A stretch of DNA of 64,000 bases. Origin: Chloropicon primus. Taxonomy: Eukaryota. The notes under the pieces were generated by a model. The model ran no database searches. It worked only from the letters and a program-made list of their open reading frames with translations, and was not told where the DNA came from. Below are positions 41,781 to 52,133 of the stretch, piece by piece (within the stretch, counting starts at the first letter, position 1; each line of letters opens with the position of its first letter). The translations under genes and the position numbers were made by a program. Location of the stretch: NCBI GenBank assembly GCA_023205875.1, contig CP060758.1:744001-808000 (forward strand). The letters are read 5' to 3'.

Positions 41781-44105
41781 ATGTCGTGGCTAAGCAGCCT
41801 GCAGGATGGGCTTAAGAATGCTGAGGCCCTCCTGAACAGCGTGGATGCCAAGGCGAAGGAGGTCGCGGTGGTGCAGTCCAACCCGGGGGCGGGAGACAGG
41901 AAGCTACAAGAGGGTTTGAGGGAGGGTCAAGCGGCGAGGTCGCAGGTCTCCCCGCCGTCCCCGCCCCCCCAGCAGAGCAGTGGCCGCGCAGGCCATCATG
42001 CGGAGCGGAAGACGTTTCAGTCGGCAAGCGACGCGCAAGCCAGGGCGAGTTTTGCCTCGCCGAGGCCCTCGCACACGAAGAGGGCGAACGGGGCGACCCC
42101 GAGGAGCGGTGCAGGGGCGAGGCCAGTGAGGGTTGCGACGCCGTCCAAGGGGGCGGAAGCCGTGGAGGAGAAGTCTTTCAGCGACCTGACTGCGATGCTG
42201 AGCACCTCTGAGGAGGAGACCAAGTCGACCCCAAGGGTGGATCCGAGGCTCATGGCTTTGCCGCAGCCCCCCGTGGCCGCGGCCTCCCCCCGGACGAAAC
42301 CCAAGCACGAAGGTGGGGCAGCCGGGACGGGTGCGAAGCCTCCTCCACCGCCAGAGAGCGCGTTCCCGTCTCCTCCGGTGGAGTCAAAGCAAGTTGAGCT
42401 CCCAAAGCAAGTCCGCGATCCTCCGCAAGGAGTCGGGAAAGAGCAAGGCGGTGCCAGCCTGGGGCAAGAAAAGTCAAAGTCTGAATCCCTGCCTCCCGTG
42501 CCATCAAACGCGAGTGCGGATGCAAGCAATGATAATGCGGACAGAGCTTCAGCGTCAGTGGTAGTTGAAGGAGCCAAGGTGGCAGAGGAGCCTGCCGCTG
42601 CCGCTGCAGTGGAGGAGAAAGTTTCCTCAGCGGACGAGTCGGGAGCAAGGAAAGTTGTTGGAGGGAGCCAAGAGCAAGAAATCCAGGCGGAAAAGGAAGG
42701 AGGTTCCGGTAGTCTGCCCCCGCCCCCCAGCAGTCCAACTCCGGCCCTCGCATCCGTATCAGACGCCAGGGCACAGATGCGCAAGAAGTTGGAAGGAGAG
42801 ATCAAGGAAGCTGAGAGCCTCGCCATGACCAGCAAGGCTCCAAGCACCTCTGGAGCCCCCAAGGCCTCCGGCAAGGAAGCGAGGTTGAGCGCAATGTGCG
42901 AGAGACTCTCGAGCCGCTTGCAGCAGTACAAGGTAGAAAACGAGCAACTCGAGGAGATGCTGAAAGAGGCAGAAAGAGGCAAGGAGAACGTGGAGAAGGC
43001 TGTGGGGGAGATGAGGGAGCACAAGCAAGCGCTTGCATCAAAGGAGAGAGAGATTTCTGAGCTGAAGGCGAAGCTAAGGGACGCGGCAGAAGCCAGGGAG
43101 AGTGACCAGGTTGAGATACAATCCCTGAGAGGAGAGCACGACGATCTGGCGAAGAAAATGAGTAACAGCGAAATGAGGGTCCTTTCCGCCGCGCGAGAAG
43201 AGTTGAATGTGGTGGAACTCCGTCTAGAAACGGAGAGGAAGGCGCACAAGGCCACGAAAGAGACAGCTTTGAAGCGCGAACAGGACTTGGAGGCACACGT
43301 CTCGGAGAACACGGCAGCTCTTGCAACGATGCAGCGGAGGCTGGATGAAAGGTCAGAGAGGGTAGCTCACTTGGAGCAGGCAAATGCTTCGCTGGAGCAA
43401 AATTACTCTGAGCTCTCAAGGGAGATCTCCGACAAGGAGCGCAGGGAGAAACATCTGGTGGCGAGCAAGGAAGACAAGGAGCAGAAGCTGCAGAGCTCGC
43501 AGCAAACGCTTCTGAAAGTTGAGAAGGAGGCGGAGGACCTCAGGAAAGAGACCAGCACCGCAAAGGCGAGGGTTGCCGAACTCGAAGCAGAGATCGAGAA
43601 AATGAACAGTGAAAGAAAGCTTGGCAGTGAAGAGGAGAGCAGCTCGAAGGAAAAACTCAACGAGATGACAGATTTACTGTATCAGAAGCAAGAGCAGCTG
43701 GAAAAGCTGGCAAGCGACAAGGCGGCGATCCAAATGTCACTGGAGAAGGAATTGAATGGGCTGAAGCAGGAGCTTCAGCAGACCAAATCCATCAACTCAA
43801 ACATCACAAGGCGGGGTCAGGCCTTTGATATCGAAGACGTGGTGCCCATCGAGAGCATGAAGATGTACGACCGCTTGGCAAAGAACCGAAGAGTTGGGAA
43901 CTACCTCAAGAAGGGGGCACAGGCTCTGGACTTCTCAACAAGCACCGTGGTGGGCCTTCTCAAGCAGCAACCCATAGTGAGAATCGGGCTTTTCGCGTAC
44001 ATCATGCTGATCCATTTCTACCTCTATTGGGTGATGTACCGCTTGTCGTCGAAGGCGGTGCCCATGACAGATCCTGGGGAAATGATTCGAAGCCAGGAGG
44101 GCTGA
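41781..44105 (+). CDS. Golgin-84/GOLGA5-like Golgi coiled-coil protein
   Basis: MSWL...AEALLNSVD N-terminal motif, long coiled coil, LYQKQEQLEKL, C-terminal TM PIVRIGLFAYIMLIHFY. Confidence 0.85.
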   Translation: MSWLSSLQDGLKNAEALLNSVDAKAKEVAVVQSNPGAGDRKLQEGLREGQAARSQVSPPSPPPQQSSGRAGHHAERKTFQSASDAQARASFASPRPSHTKRANGATPRSGAGARPVRVATPSKGAEAVEEKSFSDLTAMLSTSEEETKSTPRVDPRLMALPQPPVAAASPRTKPKHEGGAAGTGAKPPPPPESAFPSPPVESKQVELPKQVRDPPQGVGKEQGGASLGQEKSKSESLPPVPSNASADASNDNADRASASVVVEGAKVAEEPAAAAAVEEKVSSADESGARKVVGGSQEQEIQAEKEGGSGSLPPPPSSPTPALASVSDARAQMRKKLEGEIKEAESLAMTSKAPSTSGAPKASGKEARLSAMCERLSSRLQQYKVENEQLEEMLKEAERGKENVEKAVGEMREHKQALASKEREISELKAKLRDAAEARESDQVEIQSLRGEHDDLAKKMSNSEMRVLSAAREELNVVELRLETERKAHKATKETALKREQDLEAHVSENTAALATMQRRLDERSERVAHLEQANASLEQNYSELSREISDKERREKHLVASKEDKEQKLQSSQQTLLKVEKEAEDLRKETSTAKARVAELEAEIEKMNSERKLGSEEESSSKEKLNEMTDLLYQKQEQLEKLASDKAAIQMSLEKELNGLKQELQQTKSINSNITRRGQAFDIEDVVPIESMKMYDRLAKNRRVGNYLKKGAQALDFSTSTVVGLLKQQPIVRIGLFAYIMLIHFYLYWVMYRLSSKAVPMTDPGEMIRSQEG

Positions 44106-44174
44106 AAAGGTGGTTATTTTGTGATTTGTAATATAATACACAGCCTTTTTCTTCTCTCTCTCTCACAATGTTTC

Positions 44175-46886
44175 CTATTCGCCACCGTTCGATTTGGCAG
44201 CTTCGGCTTCCTTCTCTAACTGAGCGTTCAGAGCAACATAGTCTATCGAGCCTCCTCCCCTTCTCCTGCGCTTTGGAGATGACGGGCCTTCGAGACCAGC
44301 TTCCTCGCGGTTCTCGTTGGTGGCTGGGTTGTCATCGAGGTCCTGCCTCTCCGCAAGAAGCTTCTGGAGCTCCTCTTGCTGTTTCCTCAATTTCTCCTGC
44401 TCAATTCTGATCTCCCTGTCTCTCTCCTTAATCTGTTCCGCTTCACTCCACTCCTTGAAGATTGCTCCGCCAAGAGCTCTGACATGGGCTGCCACACTTC
44501 TCGCAAACGGAGACACCGTCCTGCCCTGAATCCTGTACCCGCCTTCCAGAATGCTAACAATCCTGCCTTCGCTGTGCTTGTTTGCAATCTTGACGAGCTC
44601 CTCAGTGACCCACTCGTAGTCGCACTCGAGCAAGCCGATGTATCCAGAGTTCATGTCATCCTTGGCATGGGCATCAAAACCAGCGCTGATCAAGATCAAG
44701 TCTGGCTCGTGGCTCGCAACAGCGGGGAGAATCTTGTCCCTCCACGCCTTCTTCCACAACTGCCTCTCTGACTTTGGACCCTTGATTCCAACATTGATAA
44801 TTCGAGGGCCATCCAAAAATGGTCTCGATCCGCCCACGTAAGGGAAATCATCCATCTCCTGAGCTCCAGTGTCGTCCGTGGCCCCTGTTCCTGGGTAAAA
44901 GTGGTTGCCGTAGCCTTGGCAGCTTGCAAACAGGATGGCATCCTTGTCATTCATGTCAACCCAGGGCTTGAATTTATGAGATCTCACGAAGCCTTCAAAC
45001 TTGTAAGTGCCAGAGCCATCATTGCCACCGATCAGCATTCTTTGCTTCAGCACCGTAGGAGTCACGCTGCTAACGCATGCTTCCGTGCCGTTACCATGGT
45101 GGACATCGAAGTCCACGAGCGCCACCTTCTTGATCTTCTTCCTGTAGATGTTCATCGCGTACGCCGCCGCTACGGCGAGATTGTTCAGCAAACAAAATCC
45201 ATGAGAATGCGACCCCCCCATGGCGGGGATGGTTGGATCCGTGCTCCCCCCAGAAACAGCTCCTGTTGGACCCGCGTGGTGCCCCGGAGGGCGGACGGCG
45301 CAAAACACTTTGCTGACTCCAGAACCCTTGCTGGAATCTTCCATCAATTTGTCGACGGCCATAATTGATGCGCCGGCAGCAACAAAGGCCGCGTCAAATG
45401 TGAACCGCGATATTTGGGTGTCGCCGTCGAGGGATCCGATGCCATCCACGTCGTTCCCGTCCTCGCTCAAGCCCTCGCAGACATCCTTCACGTGCTTTAT
45501 GTAGTGCCACTCGTGCACTCTCAGAACATCGGACATTTTCGCTTTGGGGGGGTTGTGCTCCCAGAGATAAGCGCCGTTGGCAGTGAATTCTGACGAGGTC
45601 AATATACCGCCATGTTCCCGGCTCGTGAGCACCTTCAAGCGATGGGGATTCTCTGGCGGGGCTTGGCTGAAGTAGCCCCTGGACAGCGTTGCCGGGCGGC
45701 AAGTGAAGTGGTTCTCGCAAACTTCGCTTCTGATGATGAGCGTTTTGTTCTTTTGCATCGCTTCCGATCGATTTCCCTCCAGGCTCGCGGCTTCCGCGTC
45801 CACATCAAAGCCGCTCGAGCCTTTTGCTCTGAACTCTGAGATCTTCTCCTTCAGATCCCCATGTCCATAAGCACCCGCGTCAACCAGTGGGGTGTTGCCC
45901 ACGATGTCCTTGCACTTGGTGCTGTTGCCAGAAGCATCCGCGGACAACAACCTGAAGGCAATCTGTGCGTGCCCCTGCCTCAGGGCGAAGTGAAGCGGGA
46001 CGCATTTTTTGTAGTTCTTGGTCGTGCACAGGAGCTCCGAGAGCTGCACTGCAGCCTCCCCTTCGCCCCCGCTCAACTTTACAGTATTGGCTGTGCTCAA
46101 CAGCAGGTCGACCATGTCCGCGTGGCCCCTCAGGGAGGCGTAGTGCAGCGCCGTGTTCCCGAGCTTATCCCTCACCAACAAGTAGTCCCGGAGAGCCGAG
46201 GAATCGACTTCCCCGGTCGCCTCGTCCGCAAAGCCCGAGAAGAGAATTTTGGCTATATCGCCAAGCCCGAGGTCTGCCGCGATATGAAGGGGCGTCCTCC
46301 TAAAGTCGTCCGCAATCAACACGGTCTCCAGGCCCCCGCAGTGCCGCATGATCGCCTTCGCGGCCTCTGGGGCGAAGAGCCTCAGGTGGTCGAGGCAGCC
46401 CACACTGACCGCGACGTGGATTAGGGGGGAGCCCTCGCAGCCCACGCCAGTGTCCGCGCCCTCCTGGAGGAGGAGGTTCAGGCACTCCAAGGAGCCGTTG
46501 AGGAGGGAGACGTGCAAGGGCGTGCAACCAGAGTCATCAAAGGCGTCCATCAGATTATCGGCCTCGTCGCTATTCTCGTCGTCATCGTCCTCCTCCCCTC
46601 CGAAATCCCCATCGTCCGAGTCATCGTCGTCGTCGTCGTCCTCAATCTTGTCCTTCATCTCCTCGTCAGCGGGGCCGCTGCCGTTCTCTCCGCCATCTCC
46701 GGCACCGACCTCCTCCCTCTGCCCCTCTCCCCCCTTGGCAGCTGCGGCCTCCTCCTCCTTGTTCAGGCCAAGCAGGTCCTTCAGGAGTTCCACATCGTCT
46801 CCCTCGCAAGCGTCGTGGACGGCATAACGCCCGCGGACGCGAGCTGGGTGGACGAAAACACCTTCCAGGGCATCCAAAGCGTCCAT
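44175..46886 (-). CDS. Ankyrin-repeat class II histone deacetylase
   Basis: Ankyrin repeats (GCTPLH, RRTPLHIAA, GNTALHYAS, VPLHFAL), then intact HDAC motifs RPPGHHA, GFCLLNN, DFDVHHGNGT, SAGFDA, LEGGY. Confidence 0.92.
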   Translation of the reverse strand: MDALDALEGVFVHPARVRGRYAVHDACEGDDVELLKDLLGLNKEEEAAAAKGGEGQREEVGAGDGGENGSGPADEEMKDKIEDDDDDDDSDDGDFGGEEDDDDENSDEADNLMDAFDDSGCTPLHVSLLNGSLECLNLLLQEGADTGVGCEGSPLIHVAVSVGCLDHLRLFAPEAAKAIMRHCGGLETVLIADDFRRTPLHIAADLGLGDIAKILFSGFADEATGEVDSSALRDYLLVRDKLGNTALHYASLRGHADMVDLLLSTANTVKLSGGEGEAAVQLSELLCTTKNYKKCVPLHFALRQGHAQIAFRLLSADASGNSTKCKDIVGNTPLVDAGAYGHGDLKEKISEFRAKGSSGFDVDAEAASLEGNRSEAMQKNKTLIIRSEVCENHFTCRPATLSRGYFSQAPPENPHRLKVLTSREHGGILTSSEFTANGAYLWEHNPPKAKMSDVLRVHEWHYIKHVKDVCEGLSEDGNDVDGIGSLDGDTQISRFTFDAAFVAAGASIMAVDKLMEDSSKGSGVSKVFCAVRPPGHHAGPTGAVSGGSTDPTIPAMGGSHSHGFCLLNNLAVAAAYAMNIYRKKIKKVALVDFDVHHGNGTEACVSSVTPTVLKQRMLIGGNDGSGTYKFEGFVRSHKFKPWVDMNDKDAILFASCQGYGNHFYPGTGATDDTGAQEMDDFPYVGGSRPFLDGPRIINVGIKGPKSERQLWKKAWRDKILPAVASHEPDLILISAGFDAHAKDDMNSGYIGLLECDYEWVTEELVKIANKHSEGRIVSILEGGYRIQGRTVSPFARSVAAHVRALGGAIFKEWSEAEQIKERDREIRIEQEKLRKQQEELQKLLAERQDLDDNPATNENREEAGLEGPSSPKRRRRGGGSIDYVALNAQLEKEAEAAKSNGGE

Positions 46887-47408
46887 CGTCTAAAGGACAA
46901 ACACCCCGATACTCCTCGCTCCCTCGTTCGTACCTACTACAAGGTCTCGTTCTCTCTCCCTTGTGTCCTAGCCGCCGGCCCACTCCTCTCTTGCAAAAAT
47001 CAGCCAGAGAGCGATGAAGTCGAGTGAGTGAGATGGGGGGATGGGAGGCCAGGGATGTCAGGGACAGGGGCACCGTGTGACCTCTCCCTCTCCCTCTTCT
47101 TCCTCTTTCTTCACTCGCTTGCTTGGTGGGAGGAGGGCCAAAGGAGGTGGGATGGATGATGGTGGCGCGTCCTCGAGGAGCGTCCTCTGGAAGGTTTTTC
47201 CAAAAGGAGGAGCGAGGGACCTTGACCAAGGGACGAGGTAATCTCTCTCTCTCTCTCTCTCTTTCTTTCCTATGATGATCAAAGCCCGCACAATATATGG
47301 TGGATTCTAAGAGTCTATTTCAAGCAAAGCTTCCGGATGATGATGCCGGAAGGGCTTTGCAGGGTGTGATATTGGAACAGGTAAAACAGAGAAGGAAGTG
47401 GAGACTCC

Positions 47409-48029
47409 TCAGAGCCTCTTCAAGCTCCTCTTCTTGTCCTTGTTCCTCTTATCTTTCAGCGGAGATTTCATTCCAGCGAGCTGCTTCTTCCCGGTCGGCA
47501 TCTGGTTCGCGACGTCCACCGAAAGAGGCACGGCCTTGGAGGCCGCGTGGATGCTCGTCATGAGCTTCGCCCTCCTCGCGTACTCCTCGTAATCCTCGAG
47601 GAGGAGCTTGGACGCCTCGTCGTTCAGCGCGGACTCCGGGAAAGGTTCGATGAGAAGGCACCTAATGACCATGAGGATGTGCCTTATGCCGTGGCCGGGG
47701 TTCCAGTCTTGCTTCAGGGTGTTGACGCAGATGTCGCCGCCCTTGGAGACGTTCGGGTGAAAAATGTTTGTGATAAAGTACCCCTTCGGCGGGACCTGGG
47801 GGTAGTCCGCCCCCAAAACCAGCTTCAGCTTGAACTTTCCGTTCTCAAAAGGCGTTCCGGTGGGCCCCTCGATTTCGGCCTGGATGTCCGATATGTTCGA
47901 CTCGTTGATCGATATTTTGATCCCGTCCGCTGGCGACTTCTTCATGTCCTTGAGCTCCTTCATCACCGTCGCCAACACAGCGGGGGGTGGAGCGCAGCAG
48001 CTGCTCCCCATGTCACTCCTGTCACCCAT
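47409..48029 (-). CDS. UBE2S: Ubiquitin-conjugating enzyme E2 S (UBC22)
   Basis: IFHPNVSKGGDICVNTLKQDW, IRCLLIEPFPESALN, basic C-terminus DKKRSLKRL diagnostic of UBE2S. Confidence 0.93.
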   Translation of the reverse strand: MGDRSDMGSSCCAPPPAVLATVMKELKDMKKSPADGIKISINESNISDIQAEIEGPTGTPFENGKFKLKLVLGADYPQVPPKGYFITNIFHPNVSKGGDICVNTLKQDWNPGHGIRHILMVIRCLLIEPFPESALNDEASKLLLEDYEEYARRAKLMTSIHAASKAVPLSVDVANQMPTGKKQLAGMKSPLKDKRNKDKKRSLKRL

Positions 48030-48658
48030 GACTTCTCTCTCTCTTACGCAACCGTCTCTCGGAATCCTCCGCCCGTCACGAGCCTCAACAAGCCCCGAGC
48101 TTTGCCTTCCCTCAAGCAACCAAAACCTGGCGAACAAGCCACGAAACCAAGCAAGCACGCGTCAGCACAGGACTTCACGTCCGTCCGTCGAAGGGAGAGC
48201 TCGCGTGCTCGCGAGAGCGAATTCCCTCGCGCCTCCCCTCGCCCAAGCCTCGCGTCCTCGGCTGTCTCACCTTGTCGTCCGTCGCGCTCCTCCTCGACCT
48301 GAACCAAGCAAGGAGAAGAAAAAAAACTCTCGCGTTCAGACCCTGCGCCATCCCAAGGGAAGAGTACCACCAAACAAAGGAGGAGGAGGAGGAGAAGAAG
48401 CCAAAGCCAAAGCCAAAGCCAAAGCCAAAGCACCGAACGTACAAGGGAATCCGCGACGAGGAACCTTCTCCCAGTGTCGTCCAAGCCTCAGTCCTTGCCA
48501 TGTCCGTGTCCCAGTTGCCTTACCTCGCCTCGCCTCGCCTCGTGTGTGTGTGTGTGTGTGTGTGTGCTCGGCTGTTTGGCTTCCGTTCCCCTTTGTCTGT
48601 TTTTTCTTTTTGAACGAGGAGCGCGAACGAAGAAACCCCCCAAGATGGATTTACCACT

Positions 48659-49030
48659 CAATCGCCCCTCGGACCGTTGGAGGAAGGAGAAATGAAATTT
48701 CCAGATAAGGCTGGGCTTTGAGACTCTTGGGCGTGAGGAGGGAGGTCTGGTTCTGGTCCGATGGAAGGGAGAATGGCGGGGCTGGCTTTCGTCGATGTGT
48801 GTGTGTGTGGTGGATGAGGCGCAAGGTCTGAGTCTTCCACGGTTTGCCACGCCAATCGTCCCTCGGACCGTTGGAGGAAGGAGAAATGAAATTTCCAGAT
48901 AAGGCTGGGCTTTGAGCTTGGGCATGAGGAGGAGGGAGGTCCGGTCCGATACATGGGATGGGGGGGAGGGAGGGTGGTTTCGTCGATGTGTGGTGCTGGG
49001 TGAGGCACAAGGCTCGAGTCTTTCCCGTGG
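48659..49030. repeat. Tandem ~194-bp duplicated non-coding element with 57-bp identical core
   Basis: CCCTCGGACC...GGCTTTGAG is identical at 48666-48722 and 48860-48916. Further shared blocks GGTCCGAT, TTTCGTCGATGTGTG, TGAGGCxCAAGG, GAGTCTT. Confidence 0.85.
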
Positions 49031-49219
49031 GAAAAATGGTGTTCCGAATTTCTGAATGAGACGAGTTTTAGAGAGAGAGAGAGAGAGAGAGAGATCAGTC
49101 CCGGTCTTGCAAGGTATGAAAAAGGACGAAGCTGGCAATACAACCACCACGAGTAAGTTCCCCCCTTCCCTCCCTCCCTCCCTCCCTCCCTCCGTGGCCA
49201 TTGCTCTCGCCACATCCTC

Positions 49220-50345
49220 TCAAGAAGAAGAGAGCTTCTTCGCCACGTTGGCGATCCACTTTTGCTGCTTGGTCGAGAAGGCCTTTGCGGCGTTCGCCCC
49301 AGCAATCAACACGCCGTTCTCCCCCGCCCTCGAGACGACGACGCTCTCGATACCCTTGGCCACAAAGCAGAGGTCCTTGTAGAGGCCGTATCGATCGATG
49401 GCGAACCGGTTCTCCAAGCAGACCGTCCCTTCCCCCGCCAGCTTTTGGAGAACGGCAAAGCCGCCGGTCATCTCGAAGCTCGTGCACAGGACTCTGTCCA
49501 TCGGGTAGTTTTCGGTCACCGGGATGCCCGTCGGTAGGCCGGGAATCTTGAAGGACCCCCTCGCCAGCATCACTTTCCCGTCCTCCGCGTAAAGCACGAA
49601 CGCCGAGTTCGTGTTCTTCAGCAACGCAAAGGAAACCCAAGCGAGCTCCTTCATGGTGTCCTCGCCCCGATCCTGGCACAAGTAAAAGAGCTCCTTGGTG
49701 TTGCCCACCTGGTTCCGTTTCGCAGCCCTGTCAGTCTCAGTCTCCGACACCCACACCCCCACACACACACAAACAAACACACACAAACACGCGTTTCGAC
49801 ACCAGGTGAGGTCTCATCTCAACTCATCTCAACTCATCTCATCCCACGAGTCGTTCCCCGTTCTTCCTCGTTCCCTCGAGAGACGCCGCACTTACCGTCC
49901 TCTCCGCCTGACTCAGGATGCTGGAGTTGTTGAAGCTTATCGCGCTGTTCAGCGTCGGCAGCGCTATGCAAGTCGCTCCAAGGATCAGGGCCACCACTTC
50001 GCTGCGAACCTGAGCCCCGTCAACGTAGCCAGCGGTAAAGTGGTTGAGGGCGAGAAGGAAGCACGTGAACGTGCCAAGAATTCTCGGCACTTGCTCGTCC
50101 GGTATGCCTGGTATGCCCAAAGTAAACTGAAAGACAGAGATATCGATGTCCGCGTCGTCATCAGTGGCATCCACTCTCACCGTCGCAGAGCCTTTGCGTC
50201 GAAACCACACCGGAGTCCGACGGCTTGGGGAAGAGCCCCGCCTGGAGAAGCCCGATCCATGCCGCCGGCCATCGTCGGAACCCACCCGGAGGAGTGACCC
50301 GCTCCTCGCGCCACTCGTGCTCGCACTCGTCGCACACCCTCTCAT
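49220..50345 (-). CDS. CCB2: Cytochrome b6f heme ci assembly factor CCB2; exons 50345-49896 and 49708-49220
   Basis: Transit-like N-terminus, DISVFQFTLGIPG...PRILG...LLALNHF...QVRSEVVALIL, ELAWVSFALLKNTN, AFSTKQQKWI. In-frame phase-0 intron. Confidence 0.8.
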
Positions 50346-50503
50346 CCACTCGTGCTCTCCCTTCACGATTTTGTCTGTCCCTCCTCCAGATGAGATCAAC
50401 TTCTGCTTCCGGTCAGGGAGAGGAGGTGTGGTTCTAATGATTCGGTTTCATCTGATTGAACAAGTTTTAATCTGCAGCCTATGAATGGTGTGGGAATGGT
50501 TGC

Positions 50504-52133
50504 TCAAGTGCATCTTGCGGAGAGAGTATCGAGCTCGGAGTTCAGCTCCAACACCTGTTGCGTCAGCTGGGTGGCAAAAGACTTGAGCCTGTCCAAGCTG
50601 CTCTTCATGCTGGACTTCTCCTCCTCGAGCTGCTCCTTCTGGCATTCGAGCACGATGGACTTCCTCGTGGCTTCATCAAGCTCCGCCCTGAGCTTTCGGA
50701 TGAGATCGTCCTTCTTTGCATCCTTGGCTTTTCTCCTCTTCGCCTCCTCGTCCGCCTCCTCGGAGGTCACAAGCTCTGTCTCCTCGGTCTTGTCCGCGAC
50801 AACGTCGGCCCAAGACTTCCTTCTCTCTTCAACGTCCTCCTCGCACTCCTTCTTGGTTGCTTGGATCGGGGAATCCAAATCCAAGGCTTTGGGTTGCTCC
50901 TTCTCTTCGGTGATGGTCCTTGTGCTCACAAAGCTCATCGTCTTGCGTCTCCTGGTCCTGGCGCTAATCTTCTTGTCCCCCTTTGCTTTCTTGGCCTTCT
51001 TTGACTTGGTCATCTTCAAGGCCTCTTCGAGCTTGGACTGCAGGTTGTCCAACGTCTCCTCCCCCTCCTCCTCGTCTTGCACCGCCCCTTCTCCGTTCGA
51101 GGTCACCTCAGCGAGCCTCTCGTAGTAGGACTTGCCGCACCAGCTCTCCGCCAGCCTTTCCTTTAGCGTTTGCCTGCCAGCCTTTTCCGTCGTTCCAGGC
51201 GTCTCGGGCAAGAGGTTGTTGGCCAGGCTATTTAGCTCCTTCGACATCTTGAGGATCTCCGCGTGCGAAGGGGTCTTCGCGCCTCCGTTCTTCCCGCAAG
51301 AGTCGACCACGGTTTGCCTCGGAGGCGTAGCGACCAAGTCGCCCTCCCCGCTCCTCGCTTCCGGGTCCTCGCTCGGCTCCACTTCCCTGCTGCTGGCCTT
51401 CGCCGCCCGGTTTTTCAGCGCGGGAGGGGGAGTTCCCGTGACCCAGTCTCCGAAGCACACCGTCTTCCTTCGATTTCTTTTCTTACGCGTCGAGTCGCAC
51501 GCGAGCTTCACCTTCTTCTCCACCTCGTCGTCGCTCTCCAGAATAGGGAAGCTCGTGTCGGGTTCAGCGCTGTGTGGCGGGGTGAAGTTCGAAGCATCGG
51601 CTCCCTCCGCAGCGTCCTGGGCTTTCTTCACGCTCCTCGCGCTCCTCTTGACCCCCGCAGACTTCGAGGCGGCCGGCTTATCAACACCGCAGCCACCCCC
51701 CGGCTGCCTTCTCGACGCATTTCGAGTGGACTCGGTCGTCGGCTTCTTCTTCGCGACCTGAAAAGGTTTGCACACCGTCTTTGGGCCGCTCAGGTCGAGC
51801 ATATTCGCTCTCTTCGGTTTCGGTGGCTGAAAGCACGCGAGGTCCGCGGCCAAACCGAACGAGGAGTCCGGCTCCGACTCGCTGCCCTTGCCCTTCTTCG
51901 ATCTCCCGTTTCCCGCTTGCGACCTGCGAGAGCCGAGGACGTTTTAGCACAGCGCAAAACAAACCGGCCCAAGACCATTCCCTGGCCACTCGAGCCTCTC
52001 TCTCCCTCTCCCTCTTCTCTCTCTCTCTCTCTCTAACTTACCTCGTCGGCGTGGACGCTGTCAGGTTGACGATGTCACTGAGCACGCCAACGCCCGAGTA
52101 GGACGACAGCCTCCTATTCGTACGATCCATCAT
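50504..52133 (-). CDS. Hypothetical disordered/coiled-coil protein with cell-cycle-type short motifs; exons 52133-52042 and 51923-50504
   Basis: GTAAGT..CAG intron 52041-51924 joins MMDRTNRRLSS...LSDIVN in frame to the 449-aa ORF. C-terminal coiled coil. Confidence 0.65.

Noticed and set aside
48488..49305. ORFs with duplicated peptide LKAQPYLEISFLLPPTVRG as a gene with tandem exons
   Set aside because: The frames run through microsatellites and lack convincing splice donors. The peptide repeat is a by-product of the DNA duplication.
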